Part shown: in pieces, positions 20,234 through 31,123 of the stretch
Numbering within the stretch: the first letter of the stretch is position 1
Layout of the letters: the number at the start of each line of letters is the position of its first letter
Assembly: GCA_002441005.1 (NCBI GenBank)
Contig: DJWO01000002.1
Location: 70,784-134,783, forward strand
Length of the DNA stretch: 64,000 nt
From: Candidatus Aminicenantes bacterium UBA6228
Lineage (GTDB): Bacteria; Acidobacteriota; Aminicenantia; Aminicenantales; Saccharicenantaceae
Direction of reading: 5' to 3'
Translations under genes and position numbers: made by a program
The notes under the pieces: generated by a model
Told to the model about the DNA's origin: nothing
Databases searched by the model: none
The model's input: the letters and a program-made list of their open reading frames with translations, nothing else

Positions 20234-21231
20234 GCCCCCGCCACAGGAACTGGTTTTTTCCGGTATCCCTTATTCTTCTGACTCTGGCCGGCTTCCTGTT
20301 GTCAGTTAAGCTCGGAGCCGTCAGAATGACCTGGCAGGAAATCCGGGCCGGTCTTTTTTCCGGCGGTCAGTTTAAAGATATCCTGATTCACCTCCGGTTG
20401 CCCCGGGCTATTCTGGCTTATCTGGTCGGTGCAGCTCTGGCTCTTTCTGGAGCGATTCTTCAGGGGTATTTCCGGAACCCTTTAGCCGACCCCTTTATTC
20501 TCGGCGTTTCTTCAGGGGCATCTCTGGGAGCCGTCCTTAGCCTGGAGATTGGCCTGACCTGGACCGTCTTCGGTTTTTCCAGCCAGAGCTGGCTGGCTCT
20601 TTTGACCAGTCTCCTTCTGGTCGGCTCGGTTTACTTAATTTCAGAGAATCAAAGTCCCGGGCGGTCTGAAAGCCTGCTTTTGACCGGGATTGCCGCCGGG
20701 GCAATGGCTTCAGCCCTGACTTCCTTTTTTCTTTTCAGGCGGGCTGATGCCTATGAACAGGCAGTGTTCTGGCTCTTAGGCAGTTTTTCCCTTTCAGGCT
20801 GGAAAGAAGTCTGGTTGCTTCTTCCCTATTTTCTTCTGACCCTGATCATTTCCCAGTATTTTGCTCCTGAGATGAATCTTCTGGCCCTCGGCGACGAGGT
20901 TGCTCAGTCATTAGGCTGCCCGGTAAAAACCATCAGGAGACTTTTTCTTTTTCTGGCCACACTTTTAGCTTCATTTTCAGTAGCTGTAGCCGGAATCATT
21001 GGTTTTGTCGGGCTGATTGTGCCTCATTCAGTCAGGTTGTTGATTGGTCCAGATCACCGCCGGCTTTTTTTATTTTCTGCTTTGACCGGTGGGATGATGC
21101 TGGTTTTTTGCGACCTGCTGGCCAGGACAGTCTTTTCTCCCTCAGAAATCCCAATTGGCGTGATTACCGCAGCCCTCGGTGCCCCGTTTTTTATCTATCT
21201 TTTAAACCGCCACCAGCGGGGCAGGTCCTGA
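20230..21231 (+). CDS. FecCD-family ABC permease
   Basis: About 9 TM segments of the FecCD/BtuC type; overlaps the upstream gene. Confidence 0.85.
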   Translation: MSPRHRNWFFPVSLILLTLAGFLLSVKLGAVRMTWQEIRAGLFSGGQFKDILIHLRLPRAILAYLVGAALALSGAILQGYFRNPLADPFILGVSSGASLGAVLSLEIGLTWTVFGFSSQSWLALLTSLLLVGSVYLISENQSPGRSESLLLTGIAAGAMASALTSFFLFRRADAYEQAVFWLLGSFSLSGWKEVWLLLPYFLLTLIISQYFAPEMNLLALGDEVAQSLGCPVKTIRRLFLFLATLLASFSVAVAGIIGFVGLIVPHSVRLLIGPDHRRLFLFSALTGGMMLVFCDLLARTVFSPSEIPIGVITAALGAPFFIYLLNRHQRGRS

Positions 21232-21331
21232 AAATTAACATTTTCCCCTTTATATCGCTGGCCGCTCTCTTCTGGAAACAGCCTGGAAATGGTTGACAAC
21301 CGGCTATCTTTTAGCTTAATGTAAATATATC

Positions 21332-21703
21332 ATGCTGCTAACCTTCAACCAGACCCTTTTTCTGATTTTGACTGTGGCGGCAGTAGTTATAGCTGTTTTT
21401 TTAATTCTCTTTCTCCTTCAGCTCCGCCGGACAGCCAGGGAGGCAGAGAAATCTCTCCAGGAATTCCAGGTCACTCTTGAAAAGCTCAAGACGATTGAGG
21501 ATAAGGTCGAACGCCGCCTCGACGAGACAGGGACAATTATTCAATCAGCCAAAAAAACGGTTTCGGGTCTGTCAGAACTTTCCCTTTTCTTAACGACCAG
21601 AGTGGTCAGGCCGGCCTCTAAGTACTGGCCGGTTATTTTCCCTTTGGTGCGTTTTGGCTGGCAACTGATAAAAAAAAGAAAGGAGAAAAAAAATGGGAGA
21701 TGA
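21332..21703 (+). CDS. DUF948-like membrane protein
   Basis: N-terminal TM segment followed by a coiled-coil region. Confidence 0.45.
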   Translation: MLLTFNQTLFLILTVAAVVIAVFLILFLLQLRRTAREAEKSLQEFQVTLEKLKTIEDKVERRLDETGTIIQSAKKTVSGLSELSLFLTTRVVRPASKYWPVIFPLVRFGWQLIKKRKEKKNGR

Positions 21704-22019
21704 CAGAGATTCCCACTTTGCTGACACTCTTTTGACCTTTTTAGCCGGGGCAGCGACAGGTTTTATTCTGGGCATTTTATTCGCTCCTTCCAGCGGCAAA
21801 GAAACCAGAAAAAAGATTAAAGAACAGGCCAAAAAGGGCCAGGAGCTGGCTGTCCAGGGTTATAGCAAAGTGGCCAAAGAAGCGGAAAAAGGAGCTAAGG
21901 TAGTTAAAGAACGGGCCGAAGAGGGCATTGAAGCCATAAAAGAATTTCTTGAAAAGAAAAAAACTGAGACAGCTGGGGAGAAACCAGAATTTCCTGAAGA
22001 CTTAGAAACAGAAAAATAA
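21693..22019 (+). CDS. YtxH-like protein
   Basis: N-terminal TM segment then a Lys/Glu-rich helix; overlaps the upstream ORF. Confidence 0.5.
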   Translation: MGDDRDSHFADTLLTFLAGAATGFILGILFAPSSGKETRKKIKEQAKKGQELAVQGYSKVAKEAEKGAKVVKERAEEGIEAIKEFLEKKKTETAGEKPEFPEDLETEK

Positions 22020-22099
22020 CAATTCAGCTTTTTCTACCTTTCAAAGGGCCTGAAATAAACGGGGATTAATAGAAGTCTAAAAACCAGGCGAGGATCGGC

Positions 22100-23428
22100 A
22101 TGGGCAAGCGCTTAACTAAATTTATTTTCCTGACTTTCATTTTAGCTATTGTTCTAAAAGGGCCAGTCAGCCTGGCAGCCATTGACCTCAAGACCGCCAC
22201 AGCCATTGACCAGGAAATAGAGAAGAACCGGGCCGAGATTATAAAAATTCGCCGCTTCCTTCATATGAATCCTGAGCTTGGCAACCGCGAATATGAAACC
22301 AGCAAATTAGTGGCCAATAAATTAGCAGCTCTCGGGCTGGAAGTAAAAACCGGCGTGGCCAAAACCGGTGTAGTCGGGCTTCTGACCGGGGCTTTGCCCG
22401 GTCCAACCGTAGCCATCAGAGCCGATATGGATGCCCTGCCCATTGCTGAGGAGAACGATTTCCCCTACAAATCTCTTAACCCCGGGGTGATGCAGGCCTG
22501 CGGCCACGATTTTCATACCTCCATTGCTCTGGGGACAGCCACCGTCCTCAGCAGTCTCAAGGATAAAATCAGAGGCAAAATAAAATTTATTTTCCAGCCG
22601 GCTGAGGAAGGCCCTCCTCCGGGAGAAGAAGGCGGAGCAGAGCTGATGATCAGAGAAGGTGTGCTAATTGACCCGCCGGTCCGGGCGATCTTTGGCCTCC
22701 ACGTCTGGCCCGACCTTAAAATTGGCCAGGTTGGTTATGCTTCGGGCTATTCCATGGCCAGCTCGGACAGTTTTACTCTGACGATCAAAGGGAAAAGTGC
22801 TCATGGAGCCAGACCTCAGGAAGGCATCGATGCCATTGTTATCGCCGCTGAAATAATCAGCAACCTTCAAAATATAAGAAGCCGGCTGGTTGATCCGACC
22901 GAATCACTGGTCATTTCCATCGGCAAAATCCAGGGCGGAGTCAGATCTAATATAATTGCTGAGACCGTTATCCTTGAAGGAACAGTCCGGACCTTGAATG
23001 CCGGTGTCCGGGAGGCCATTCCAGGACTGATAGAAAACCTGGCTCAAGGAATCTGTCAGAGTTATGGCGCCACCTTTACCCTTGATTATGAACGCCAGCT
23101 GCCGCCTGTTTATAATCACCCCGAATTTCTGAATGCCGTTCTACCCTGGTTAGCAGAATCTCTGGGTGAAGATAACCTGATCGAGGTCAAGCCCCAGATG
23201 GTGGCTGAAGACTTCGCCTTTTATGCTGAAAAAATTCCTGCCTTTTATTTCTTTCTGGGAGTCAAAAGCCCGAGGCAGATGATAGCCCCTCCTCTCCATA
23301 GCCCTAATTTCAATCCTGATGAACGGGCCATCCCGGTTGGCATCAGGGCTATGTGTCATCTTGTCCTCAACGCCTTAGAACAGCAAGCCTCTTTAAAAAC
23401 AGCCAGCGAGACCCCGCCTGTTAATTAG
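22100..23428 (+). CDS. M20-family amidohydrolase (N-acyl-amino-acid amidohydrolase / hippurate hydrolase-like), secreted
   Basis: Signal peptide plus the M20D metal-binding pattern (CGHD...H...E...H). Confidence 0.85.
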   Translation: MGKRLTKFIFLTFILAIVLKGPVSLAAIDLKTATAIDQEIEKNRAEIIKIRRFLHMNPELGNREYETSKLVANKLAALGLEVKTGVAKTGVVGLLTGALPGPTVAIRADMDALPIAEENDFPYKSLNPGVMQACGHDFHTSIALGTATVLSSLKDKIRGKIKFIFQPAEEGPPPGEEGGAELMIREGVLIDPPVRAIFGLHVWPDLKIGQVGYASGYSMASSDSFTLTIKGKSAHGARPQEGIDAIVIAAEIISNLQNIRSRLVDPTESLVISIGKIQGGVRSNIIAETVILEGTVRTLNAGVREAIPGLIENLAQGICQSYGATFTLDYERQLPPVYNHPEFLNAVLPWLAESLGEDNLIEVKPQMVAEDFAFYAEKIPAFYFFLGVKSPRQMIAPPLHSPNFNPDERAIPVGIRAMCHLVLNALEQQASLKTASETPPVN

Positions 23429-23451
23429 TGGACAGCCGGCCGTCTATCTAA

Positions 23452-25887
23452 TTGATGGCCTGTCCTCTGCTTTTTCCGGTTTGTAGCTTTGTCGCCGGCC
23501 TCATTCTGGCCGGACTTCTTAAGCTGGATTTCTCTGCCGGTCCGCTTCTGCTTCTTCTGGCCGGCTGGCTCGCTGCCTGGCTGGCCTATTTTCTAAAAAA
23601 GGACCGGCTGGCCTACTGGCTCCTGATCATAGCCTTTCTAATTTCAGGCGTAAATCTCAGGGCTCTGGGCAGCAAATTTTACCTGGATAATCCGCTTAAG
23701 GACTTCCAGCCGGGAAGCTACCTTAACTTCAAAGGGCTGGTCTTGAAATCACCGGAAAGAGGTCTTGATCGCGACCGCCTGCTCATTGCTGCCAGGGAAA
23801 TCGAGAGCGGCGGTCAAATAAGAAATATAAAGGTTAAATTACAACTGACCGTCCCCCACTCCCCAACCAGTTCTGAGCCTCTGGAACTTCAAGCCGGCGA
23901 CCAGCTTGAATTCTCAGCCAGCCTCAATGAGGATAGCTCTTTTAAAAACTTCTATCCCGATTTTATGCCCCGCTATCTTCGAAGCCAGAAGATTCAGACC
24001 AGAGCCTATACCAAAAGCCCGCTTCTTTTAAAAAAGCTTAACCAGACAAACCATAGCTTTCGAGGATTCTTTTCCCGGTTGAGACGGAAACTCCAGAAGG
24101 AAATAGAAGCTGATTTTCCCGGCCAGACAAAATTTAATCTAAGCCGCGAAGGAGCTATTCTGGAAGCCCTCCTTCTGGGCGAAGATGGCCGGCTTGACCG
24201 CCAGACAGATAGCCAGTTTCAAAAGACCGGGCTTTACCATCTTTTAGCCATTTCCGGAGCTCACGTCGGGGTCGTCTCAGCCTTTCTTTTCTTACTCCTC
24301 AAATTTTTCTTGACTTCAAAAAAACTAACTTACCTGATTCTCCTGGTGGCCTTAGCCTTTTACGGCTGTTTGGTCGAAGGCCAGCCATCAGTTTTCCGGG
24401 CGGTTATCATGGCCTCACTGGTTATTGCCGGTAAACTAATTTTTGCTCAGGTCAATCTCTTAAACACCATCTCACTTTCCGCCCTGATTCTTCTTGGTCT
24501 CAACCCTTTTAGCCTTGATGAGGCTGGCTTTCAATTGACCTTTCTGGCCACTCTGGGTTTAATTCTCTTTTATCAGCCAGTTTATCGCTGCCTGCCCCGC
24601 CTGCCACTGAAACTGTCAGAACTGGCCGCCATGTCGGTGGCAGCGGTGGTAGCCACCCTGCCCGTCATTGTTTATGATTTTAACCGGGTAACTTTCGCCT
24701 CAGCTATCCTGACCATTCCAGCCTCACCTTTAGTTAGCTTACTGATGGCAGCTGGCTATCTTTATTTATTTACCGGGCTGATTTCACCTTATATCAGTCA
24801 CCTCCTGTCCGTCTTAATGAAGTTTCCAGTCAGGCTGTTTATCTGGCTGACCGGCTGCCTCGAGCCCGTCTCTTCCCTTTCCTACCGCCTGCCCTCCCCG
24901 CCTTTAGCTGTCATCCTGGGTTTTTATCTTTTCCTCCTTCTTCTTTTGCTAAAGCCAAGGTTTAAAGGCCAAAGGCCAGTTACCTGGCTGGTCTTTCTGG
25001 CCTTTTTTCTGATTCTCGTGACCTATCCTTTTAAACCAGGGACAGATGAGCTGACGGTAACTGTCATTGATACCGGACAGGGTGAATCACAGGTGGTGGA
25101 GTTTCCCGGCGGCCGGCTCATGGTCATAGATGCTGGTGGATTTTTACAGAGTAATTTCGACCCTGGAGAGAGCCTCGTTTCTCCTTTCCTCTGGTCAGGC
25201 GGTCATAAAAAGATTGATTATCTGGTCTCCAGCCACCTTCATCCCGACCACGCCGGCGGACTGCCAGCCCTGGCCAGAAATTTCAAAATAGGAGAATACT
25301 TTTTTACCGAAAACTATGCAGGCAATGCCCTGAATCAAGAAATCCAGTCCGCTCTGAATAAAAAAGTCAAAAGGACCAGAATAACTTCGGGCCTGAAACT
25401 CTGGCCAGCACCAGAAATTGAAGTGAGATTCTTTTATCCGGACGAAACGGCCCTGGTTTCTTTTCAACCAGGTAACGACCGGTCAGCGGTAATCAGAATA
25501 AGGCAGGGCGATGTCTCCTTCCTTTTTCCAGCAGATATCACCGGTCAGGTCGAAAATTATTTAATCAGTCAAGAAGAAATTAAAGATGAATTAAAGGCAA
25601 CAGTCTTGAAAATTCCTCACCATGGCAGCCGCTCCTCTTCAACGGCCGCCTTTCTCCAGGCAGTTTCGCCTGTCATCGCTGTCGCCACCTGCGGCCGCCA
25701 TAATGTTTATGGCTTCCCGGCGGAAGAAGTTGTCTTGAGACTAAAAGAACGCGGGGTTAAGTTCTACCGGACTGACCTGGATGGGGCCATAGAGTTTAAA
25801 ACAGATGGCAGGCATCTGAGCTTGAGAACGGCCAGGTCGGAAGCAGCTCTTGTGTTTGAGGCCAACGGCCAGCCTTATCCTGATTGA
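23452..25887 (+). CDS. comEC: DNA internalization competence protein ComEC/Rec2
   Basis: Polytopic N-terminal channel domain with a C-terminal metallo-beta-lactamase domain (HLHPDHAGG). Confidence 0.85.
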   Translation: MMACPLLFPVCSFVAGLILAGLLKLDFSAGPLLLLLAGWLAAWLAYFLKKDRLAYWLLIIAFLISGVNLRALGSKFYLDNPLKDFQPGSYLNFKGLVLKSPERGLDRDRLLIAAREIESGGQIRNIKVKLQLTVPHSPTSSEPLELQAGDQLEFSASLNEDSSFKNFYPDFMPRYLRSQKIQTRAYTKSPLLLKKLNQTNHSFRGFFSRLRRKLQKEIEADFPGQTKFNLSREGAILEALLLGEDGRLDRQTDSQFQKTGLYHLLAISGAHVGVVSAFLFLLLKFFLTSKKLTYLILLVALAFYGCLVEGQPSVFRAVIMASLVIAGKLIFAQVNLLNTISLSALILLGLNPFSLDEAGFQLTFLATLGLILFYQPVYRCLPRLPLKLSELAAMSVAAVVATLPVIVYDFNRVTFASAILTIPASPLVSLLMAAGYLYLFTGLISPYISHLLSVLMKFPVRLFIWLTGCLEPVSSLSYRLPSPPLAVILGFYLFLLLLLLKPRFKGQRPVTWLVFLAFFLILVTYPFKPGTDELTVTVIDTGQGESQVVEFPGGRLMVIDAGGFLQSNFDPGESLVSPFLWSGGHKKIDYLVSSHLHPDHAGGLPALARNFKIGEYFFTENYAGNALNQEIQSALNKKVKRTRITSGLKLWPAPEIEVRFFYPDETALVSFQPGNDRSAVIRIRQGDVSFLFPADITGQVENYLISQEEIKDELKATVLKIPHHGSRSSSTAAFLQAVSPVIAVATCGRHNVYGFPAEEVVLRLKERGVKFYRTDLDGAIEFKTDGRHLSLRTARSEAALVFEANGQPYPD

Positions 25888-25932
25888 CATAACGGGTAAA
25901 TTAGGCTTATTCTTAAAATAGCGAGGGAAATC

Positions 25933-26538
25933 ATGGTCAAAAAAATAATGGCTGTTCTGGTTTTCTTAAGTTTTTGTACTCCTGTCTGGCTGCTGGCCCA
26001 GGATCAGGAGCTGGCAGAACTGGCCAAAAAGGAAAAAGCCCGGCGAGAAAGTCTTAAAGGGAAGGAAATAAAAGTTATTACCAACCAGGATCTGGAAAAA
26101 CTGACTAAAACTCCGGCCATCATCATTGCTAATGAAACGGAGGGTATCGCTGTGAATCAGGAAAACCAGCAGCCTCCGTCTCGACCGGACAATTATGTCC
26201 CTCCGGTCGTCCACCGGGTAACGGTTGAGAATCCAGCCCCGTCGAAACCGGGCGAGGCTCAGTCCGCCGGAGTTGATGCTACCGGAGGCCCGGTTGAAGA
26301 TGCCTGGAAAAAAGCTAAGGAATATGTTGAGCTTCTGACTCTAAAAATGAACGCTCTCTGGCAGCAATTTTACGGTCTAACTGATGCCCGGACTAAAGAC
26401 AGCATTCAACTGGAAATTAGTGAAACGTATGAAAAGCTGCTTAAAGCCCAGGAAGAAGAAACCAGACTCAGGGAGGAATACGAAAGTCAGATAAACCAGA
26501 AAAAAAGCTCCGAAGCTCCCCAGATCTGGATAAAATAA
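25933..26538 (+). CDS. Hypothetical secreted protein
   Basis: Signal peptide with a Glu/Lys-rich C-terminus. Confidence 0.5.
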   Translation: MVKKIMAVLVFLSFCTPVWLLAQDQELAELAKKEKARRESLKGKEIKVITNQDLEKLTKTPAIIIANETEGIAVNQENQQPPSRPDNYVPPVVHRVTVENPAPSKPGEAQSAGVDATGGPVEDAWKKAKEYVELLTLKMNALWQQFYGLTDARTKDSIQLEISETYEKLLKAQEEETRLREEYESQINQKKSSEAPQIWIK

Positions 26539-26549
26539 AAGATAACTGG

Positions 26550-27449
26550 TCAGCGGAAATAAATAGTCTCAAGCCGGAAGCCAACCTGCTCCTGATCTTT
26601 AAGTTCAGGGTAGATCTCATTTATTTTTACAGTCTTATTAACTTTTAAAATTAATTCTAACCCGTCTTTCTGACCAAGGCCGGAGGCGGTCAGTTGATAT
26701 ATTTTTTCGAAATTTCCAGGGGGCAGGGCAAATTCCTCCAGGACCCTGTCAGCGAGGGTAATAACCATTGTTAGCCCGGGTGGAGCTTCAACCGGGAGGC
26801 TGCCTCTTAACATCAGAGTGGCTGCTCGCCCCGGGTTTTTTAGCCAGCAGAAAGCCTGCTGGCCTGCCCAGCGCTCGCTCTGCCAATCGCCTGCCTTTTT
26901 CCCCGGGCGCTTGATGACTACCCAGCCGTCGAGAAAAACAATATCGGGAGTATCAGCTGGGCTGGGAGAAAGCTTTAGTTGCCGCCGGTAGACGACCACG
27001 GTGTCCTTCGCTCCTGACGGCTCAAAATACAGGCTGAAATTTACCGCCTTACCGGGCGCCGGCTGCGGGCTAAAGCGATCAATAAAAGGAGGGAAATATA
27101 ACAATTTTTCAACTTCATAAACCCGGTTAGGCTGCCATTTAGAAAGCGGCAGGGGGAGAGAAAGCCTTTCCTCAAATAGGGCCCTGTTTCCAGCCGTAGC
27201 CCTGGCCACCAGCTGGTAATCTCCGGCCGGCGGCTCAAAACCGGAAGTGGTAATAAACTTAACTTTTAAATTGGTCAGCAGGTTATCGCTCAGATTTTTA
27301 TCAGTAAAACTAACACTTATCTCCAGGCCTGGCACCGGCAGTTTTTTTTCACAGGAAACCGCCGGTATTAGCAGCAGGGCGGTCAGGGCCGCCAGCCAGA
27401 CTGGCTTGAAATAAAAGGAGGATTTATTTCCTGTTTCTCTTTTTTTCAT
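26550..27449 (-). CDS. Hypothetical lipoprotein
   Basis: Signal peptide with the AVSC lipobox. Confidence 0.5.
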   Translation of the reverse strand: MKKRETGNKSSFYFKPVWLAALTALLLIPAVSCEKKLPVPGLEISVSFTDKNLSDNLLTNLKVKFITTSGFEPPAGDYQLVARATAGNRALFEERLSLPLPLSKWQPNRVYEVEKLLYFPPFIDRFSPQPAPGKAVNFSLYFEPSGAKDTVVVYRRQLKLSPSPADTPDIVFLDGWVVIKRPGKKAGDWQSERWAGQQAFCWLKNPGRAATLMLRGSLPVEAPPGLTMVITLADRVLEEFALPPGNFEKIYQLTASGLGQKDGLELILKVNKTVKINEIYPELKDQEQVGFRLETIYFR

Positions 27450-27760
27450 TAAAAACTTAGCTTTGGAGACCGGACTGATTTAAATTTTATTATAGATGAA
27501 ATGGCTTCTGTTAGCAAAACTCCTTCCTTGCTTACTGACAGATTTTAAATGAGTTAATGTTAATTTTGCTGGATTTTTCAAAACCGGTCAAACCAGAAAC
27601 CGGGCAGCTGCCTATTGACAGGCGCCGAGTTTTTATTATCCTGAAACCTTAGAGTTCTTTTTTTAGTTCCTTTATTTTTAAGGAACTGACTGCTGGCCCG
27701 CCTTAAAAATGACAGGACTTTTTCCTGCCAAAAAATTTAACTGGAAAAGGAAGCTGTCCA

Positions 27761-28882
27761 ATGAAGAGACAAACTACCTGCCACCGGCCAGCCCGGACCG
27801 CAAGCCGGAAAGAATTATTGGCTATTGTTTTTGCTCCTGTTTTTTTTGTTCTCTTTCTTCGCCTCCCCGGCGTCAGCTGCCCGCGGGCTGCGGGGATAGG
27901 ACAGGCTGATGAGCAGAGGCAGGCGGCCAGGGCCAGCCGGTCAGAGTTATCTTCGGAGATAAATGCCCCGACTCAGGAGAAAACAGGCGAACAGCAAAAA
28001 ACCGAAGAAAAGGCCGCCGGGAGCCAGGCAGAAAATAAACCCAAATCAGAGCAAACTGACCAGACCCAGCAGGCCGGGCGTCCTGATAAAAATAAAACTC
28101 TTAAGGACTGGCTTGAACCCTGGAAAAAGACCCTGGAACTGAGCTATGTTGTCACTGGCGGGAATACGGTTTCCTCCTCCTTTAGCCTTGGTAGCGCTTT
28201 GCTCAAGACTCCCAATGACCGGGACTCCTACCTGCTGAAGGCTTTTTTCCTCAGGACTCACTCCACCACCATTAATCAGAAGGCAGTCGGCACTGAAGAC
28301 AATTTCAGCCTGATAGAAGAAAAGACCAGAAAATTAACTGCTGAAAATTATTTAATTCAAGCTCAGTATGACCACCGGCCAACGGGAAAATTGTTGACCA
28401 ATCTGGGCTTTACCTGGGACCGGAACAAATTGGCCGGGGTTGAGGGCCGGGCTCTGGGGACGGCCGGTGCCGGGGTGGTGCTGGCCGATTCTGACACCAC
28501 CAAAGCCAAAACTTCAGCCGGCCTGAGTTTGACCATCAGAAAATACAGCGGCCAGAAAATGTCCTCCTTTCTTGGTTTTCAATATGCCTTTTCCTGGAAG
28601 CAAAAGCTTTTTGATGGGGCCTCTTTTGAGACAGGCCTAGTCTTTGATGACAATCTCAAGCGGCTGAGTGACTGGCACTACGACTGGACAACCAGTTTGA
28701 TGGCCCCGCTGACCAAATCATTAGCTCTTAAAGCCAGCCTCAGGCTGATGAGAAACAACCGGCCGCCGGAAATCGAGGTCCCGCTCTATAGCCCGGACGA
28801 TCTCGACACCGGTCTGACTGTTCTTGTCCCGCGGCGCAAAGTTGATACATTTTTTACCACCACCATTGTCCTTAACTTTTGA
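27761..28882 (+). CDS. Putative outer-membrane beta-barrel protein
   Basis: Signal peptide, alternating amphipathic strands and a C-terminal Phe (…VLNF). Confidence 0.5.
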   Translation: MKRQTTCHRPARTASRKELLAIVFAPVFFVLFLRLPGVSCPRAAGIGQADEQRQAARASRSELSSEINAPTQEKTGEQQKTEEKAAGSQAENKPKSEQTDQTQQAGRPDKNKTLKDWLEPWKKTLELSYVVTGGNTVSSSFSLGSALLKTPNDRDSYLLKAFFLRTHSTTINQKAVGTEDNFSLIEEKTRKLTAENYLIQAQYDHRPTGKLLTNLGFTWDRNKLAGVEGRALGTAGAGVVLADSDTTKAKTSAGLSLTIRKYSGQKMSSFLGFQYAFSWKQKLFDGASFETGLVFDDNLKRLSDWHYDWTTSLMAPLTKSLALKASLRLMRNNRPPEIEVPLYSPDDLDTGLTVLVPRRKVDTFFTTTIVLNF

Positions 28883-28986
28883 GACCCGGGCTGATTTTCT
28901 GCCAGTCAGTTGAAAATTGCCGGCGCCTGGCTTATCATAAGATATAAATTCGTATCCTATTTTTTGTCATCGAACGGAGAAAACTG

Positions 28987-29775
28987 TTGAATCCTAAACA
29001 GCCCAAAAAAGAATCAGCCAGAAAAGATGTTTTCGAACGCCCTTCCGGCCGGGCTTTTAATGAACTCCGGCCGGTGGCCTTCAAACCTGACTATTTAGAT
29101 TTTGCTGAAGGCTCAGCCTATATCGAAATGGGCAGAACCAGAGTGGTGGCCACCGCTTCGGTTGAAGATAAAGTCCCGCCTTTTCTCAAGGGCAGCGGCA
29201 CCGGCTGGATCACTGCCGAATATTCCATGCTTCCCCGGTCAACCGAGAAAAGAACGCCCAGGGAAAGAACTCAGGGAAAGATTTCGGGCCGGACTCAGGA
29301 AATCCAGCGCCTGATCGGGCGGGCTCTCCGGGCCGGAACAGACCTGTCTGTTCTGGGCGAAATGACCATTATCATTGATTGCGATGTTCTGCAGGCCGAT
29401 GGCGGAACCAGAACAGCCTCAGTCAATGCCGGCTGCTTAGCTCTGGCCATTTGTTTTAAACGGCTGCTGGAAGAAGGATTAATTCCGGCTTTTCCCTTGC
29501 GCAACCTGGTTGGAGCAGTCAGTGTCGGTCTGGTCGAGGGAGCTGAGCTTCTTGATCTCGATTATGCCGAAGACTCCCAGGCTGAGGTGGACATGAACGT
29601 CATAGAAACAGACAGCGGCCGGCTGGTTGAAGTTCAGGCCTCAGCGGAGAGAGTGCCCTTCAGTAAAAGCGACCTATCCTCCTTACTGAAGCTGGCTGAT
29701 AAGGGGATTAAAGATATCCTTGAAATTGAGCGGTCGGTTCTAAAAAAAATCCATCCGGTTTTTATCGCTTATTAG
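28987..29775 (+). CDS. rph: Ribonuclease PH
   Basis: RPSGRAFNELRPV, CDVLQADGGTRTAS and other RNase PH motifs; probably uses a TTG start. Confidence 0.85.
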   Translation: MNPKQPKKESARKDVFERPSGRAFNELRPVAFKPDYLDFAEGSAYIEMGRTRVVATASVEDKVPPFLKGSGTGWITAEYSMLPRSTEKRTPRERTQGKISGRTQEIQRLIGRALRAGTDLSVLGEMTIIIDCDVLQADGGTRTASVNAGCLALAICFKRLLEEGLIPAFPLRNLVGAVSVGLVEGAELLDLDYAEDSQAEVDMNVIETDSGRLVEVQASAERVPFSKSDLSSLLKLADKGIKDILEIERSVLKKIHPVFIAY

Positions 29776-29838
29776 GGACAGCCTGGCCAGCCGTTTTCTG
29801 ATCTTCCCGTCTCAATGTTAAATCTTTTGGCCCGAATT

Positions 29839-30864
29839 TTATTTATAATCTTCTTTTAATTCATAGCCTTTTTCACGGAAAAGCCGGAGGCAGGCCTCAA
29901 CCACCGCCGGATCATATAAAATGCCTTTATTCTTCTCAATCTCTCCCAGAGCTGCCTCCAGGCCAACACTTTCACGATAAGGACGGAGAGAAGACATGGC
30001 TTCAACCACATCGGCTACGGCCAGAATTCTGGCTTCAATTCTTATTTCTCCTTCCTTTAAACCGCGGGGATAGCCAGAGCCATCGAGCCGCTCATGGTGC
30101 TGATAAATAATCTCGGCTACCGGCCAGGGAAACTCCACATCCTTTAAAAGGTCATAACCGATCCGGACATGATTTTTAATCAATCCCCATTCACAGTTAG
30201 TAAGTGACCCGGGCTTGTTAAGTATTTCAGAAGGAATGGCGATTTTGCCGACATCATGAATCATGGCGGCCAGACTCAAGCCATCGGCTACTTTGAGGTC
30301 AAGCTCCATTTCTATGGCTATAGCCCGGACTAAATCAGCTACTCGCCTCTGGTGACGGCCGGTATAAGGGTCCCTGGCTTCAACCAGTTTATTTAAAGCT
30401 TCAACTAAAGCTCCAAAGGTCTTCTTGAGTTTTTCAAGCCCGTCCTTCAATTCTTTATCGAGTTTTTTCTGTTCCGCCCCATCGTGGAGGATAATCAGAG
30501 TGGCTGGGTTGCCTTTATAGTTTATTTCCGCTACATCAGCTTCAACCGGAATTTCCCGGCCATTTTTGCTAAGAATCATCAGCTCATAAGAATCAGATTC
30601 ACCGGGCTGACGGGAGCTGGCAAAATCCTGTCTCAGTATTTTCGCGGCTGCCTCCCGGCTCAAAAATTTTTCTAACGGACTGGCTACTACTTCGTCCAGG
30701 CTGTAACCAAAAATCCAGCAAGTAGCCCTGTTAGCAAATTCAATCCGGCCGTCACGGGCAATAAAGATAGCAGCTCTGCCAGTGTCAAACGCGCTCCCCC
30801 GGATAGATTCTTCGGCTTCTAAGCTTTTTTGAGGCTTAATATTTTCTTTTTTCCGCTCACCCAA
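29839..30864 (-). CDS. PAS-domain HD-GYP c-di-GMP phosphodiesterase
   Basis: N-terminal PAS domain, then HD (HDVGK) and the HHERLDGSGYP motif. Confidence 0.85.
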   Translation of the reverse strand: MGERKKENIKPQKSLEAEESIRGSAFDTGRAAIFIARDGRIEFANRATCWIFGYSLDEVVASPLEKFLSREAAAKILRQDFASSRQPGESDSYELMILSKNGREIPVEADVAEINYKGNPATLIILHDGAEQKKLDKELKDGLEKLKKTFGALVEALNKLVEARDPYTGRHQRRVADLVRAIAIEMELDLKVADGLSLAAMIHDVGKIAIPSEILNKPGSLTNCEWGLIKNHVRIGYDLLKDVEFPWPVAEIIYQHHERLDGSGYPRGLKEGEIRIEARILAVADVVEAMSSLRPYRESVGLEAALGEIEKNKGILYDPAVVEACLRLFREKGYELKEDYK

Positions 30865-31094
30865 CTCACACTTACCTCCTTAGCTTTTTAGCCTCTTCAA
30901 TTCCCTGGCCGCTTCCTTTTCGCCGATTTTTGTAAATATTAGTATAATTTTTGTCAAAGTTCAATCTTTTTTTAAAATTTTTTACTTTCTTTTTCAATCC
31001 TCACCTTCTTTAGCCAGGATCTGGTTACTGTTACCCGAATTTTGCTGACCGCACTTCTGGCAGACGAACCGGTTTCGCCAGGCGAGTTTTTCCC

Positions 31095-31123
31095 TTGACT
31101 TTAAAAATGATAAGAATTAATAT
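31095..31123 (+). promoter_or_regulatory. Putative sigma-70 promoter (TTGACT - 17 bp - TAATAT) upstream of the flotillin gene
   Basis: Hexamers read directly from the sequence. An 8-bp perfect inverted repeat, CAGACCAT-gttg-ATGGTCTG, follows at 31138-31157. Confidence 0.35.
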